A DNA stretch of 64,000 nt from a candidate division FCPU426 bacterium (GTDB lineage Bacteria; Oederibacteriota; Muellerivitia; Muellerivitales; Muellerivitaceae): assembly GCA_963847625.1 (NCBI GenBank), contig CAWKAR010000023.1:25290-89289 (forward strand), written 5' to 3'. A model generated the notes under the pieces. It was not told the origin of the DNA. It searched no databases and saw only the letters and a program-made list of their open reading frames with translations. Positions 62,376-64,000 of this stretch are shown piece after piece. Made by a program: the position numbers and the translations under genes. Every line of letters starts with the position of its first letter. Within the stretch, counting starts at the first letter, position 1.

Positions 62376-62762
62376 TTACTTCGCCTGGGAATTTTCGTTT
62401 AAAGAGTTAAAAACAAAGGAAATAAGCTTCTTATAGCGGCCAAATCGGATCATATCCCGTGGGGGGATGTTTCCCAGAAGGGGATTGGCCATCTTGAACC
62501 ACAAGGCGGTTTTGCGGGCATCCCCCTGGAAATAACCAGCCACTAAATTGAATAAGTTCGCCCATTCCGTGAGCCGGTCTTTTAATTCCTTGGGCATTTT
62601 CTCGTCTTCATAGCGGATGGATGAAACAGGAATGCCAGTGGCCCTGGAAACATCTTTTTTTTCAAGTTCAGTAAATTTCACCACTTTCTGGTAGTCCATG
62701 GTGGTCCCTAAGTCAAAACCCAAGTAGTCCTTGTCCGGTATTGTTGAAAAGATTGAAGACAT
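62376..62762 (-). CDS. Xre/MbcA/ParS-type antitoxin (DUF2384-like)
   Basis: HTH KKDVSRATGIP..SIR; C-terminal F.GD..K.ALWF...NPLLG.I.P.DM. Confidence 0.75.
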   Translation of the reverse strand: MSSIFSTIPDKDYLGFDLGTTMDYQKVVKFTELEKKDVSRATGIPVSSIRYEDEKMPKELKDRLTEWANLFNLVAGYFQGDARKTALWFKMANPLLGNIPPRDMIRFGRYKKLISFVFNSLNENSQAK

Positions 62763-62811
62763 AGTTCCCTCCATTAAAAGAGTGTCCACATTTTTACCAC
62801 ATAATCACCAT

Positions 62812-64000
62812 TGACCTTTCCCCCGAAAACTGATCCAAAAATATGTTAGTTTTGGATTATAGATCGGGAGGGGAAAGATGGCAAAGAAACGGTTTTTATC
62901 TGAGCAGATAGTGGCTATTCTCCGCGAGGCGGAGAAAGCTCCCGCCGTTGAGGAAGTTCTCCGAAAGCATGGCATTTCCGAGCAGACTTACTACCGCTGG
63001 AAACGCATGTACGGAAGCCTTGGAGTTTCCGAAGTCCACCGCATCAAACAGCTGGAAGAAGAAAACCGGAAACTCAAGCAGTTAGCGGGTGATCAGGCCC
63101 TGGCTATTCAGGTTCTCCAAGAGCACATAAAAAAAAGGGGTATTGATCGAGGAGCAAAAAGGCATGGTGGAAGCCCTGAAGGCTCAGGAAGTACCGGAAA
63201 GACGAGCCTGTGATGTTCTTGGGGTAAATCGATCGAGTTTTCGATATGAGGCCCAGCCAGAAGATCCGTTGAACCAGGTGATCCTGCAGGAAATGGTTAA
63301 GTTAGCGCAAAGAAACCGACGTTTCGGAAGCCCTCGGATGTTGTGGATGTTGGAACGCAGAGGCCTTGATGTGAATCACAAGCGGGTGGAGAGGCTCTAC
63401 CAGGTAGCAGGGCTTCAATTACCGCGCAGGAGACCCAGGAAGAAGAGGGTTCCGACGGAATGGAGAAGGCCCCACCCGGCTTTGGGTTCCAACGAGGTGT
63501 GGACGATGGACTTCGTGCATGACCTGACATGGTTCGGGGGAAAGGTGAAGTTTTTGACGGTGTTGGATGAAGGATTTAGGGAATGCTTGGAAGATCCGGG
63601 CGGAGAAGCGAATGAGAAGCCGGGACGTGCTGGAGACGCTGGACGAGTTGATGACGGAGTACGGGACACCAAAGTGCCTGCGGGTGGACAACGGGCCAGA
63701 GTTCGTGGCGAAAGAACTGAGGAACTGGCTTGAGGAGAAGGGCGTAGAGGTGCTATATATCGAACCAGGGAGTCCATGGCAGAATGGATTCATCGAAAGT
63801 TTCAACGGAAAGTTTAGGGATGAGTGCCTGAACCAAGAAATTTTTCTTTCAAAAGCGGAGGCCCAGGTAGTCGTGGATTGGTGGAGGCAGGTGTATAACT
63901 GGCAGAGACCGCACAGCAGTTTGGGGGGAAAAACCCCAATGGAAGCAAAGGCCGAAAAGTTGGGCCTTAACTAACTTAAATTTGGATCAAACATTGGGGG
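62812..64000 (+). mobile_element. IS3-family element (IS407-like); right IR cut by the window edge
   Basis: Left IR TGACCTTTCCCCCGAAAACTGATCCAAAA; right end TTTGGATCAAACATTGGGGG. Confidence 0.88.
62878..63974 (+). pseudogene. IS3-family transposase orfA/orfB, frameshifted
   Basis: orfA RF..EQI..ILRE...GISEQTYYRWK; orfB WTMDF, VDNGPEF, PGSPWQNGFIESFNG, YN..RPHSSL split across frames near 63590. Confidence 0.8.

Overview
Origin-of-replication region of a diderm (outer-membrane) bacterial chromosome. It holds dnaA-dnaN with a bipartite oriC (DnaA boxes, DnaA-trios), rpmH-rnpA-yidD-yidC-jag-mnmE-mnmG-rsmG, recF-dciA-gyrB-gyrA (relocated away from dnaN), two parS-like sites, a cobalamin riboswitch with btuB/F/C/D-like genes, cydAB, hypF-hypC, a sigma-hspR-degP stress operon and an MrfA-type helicase-exonuclease fusion. 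Mobile DNA includes three near-identical 1055-bp IS30 copies and a frameshifted IS3 element. The most unusual region is a 3566-bp IS1-family cargo element (15059-18624; 15-bp TIRs, 8-bp TSD ATTATCAA). It carries a NYN/PIN RNase behind a structured, terminator-ended leader RNA, a small RHH-like regulator with three palindromic operators, and a tandem pair of non-canonical tRNA-like cloverleafs, one with the 9/3 allo-tRNA fold, an 8-nt anticodon loop and a GCCA end. The cloverleafs are overlapped by a predicted antisense transcript. All calls come from reading the sequence and recognising motifs by eye; no database searches or folding programs were run.
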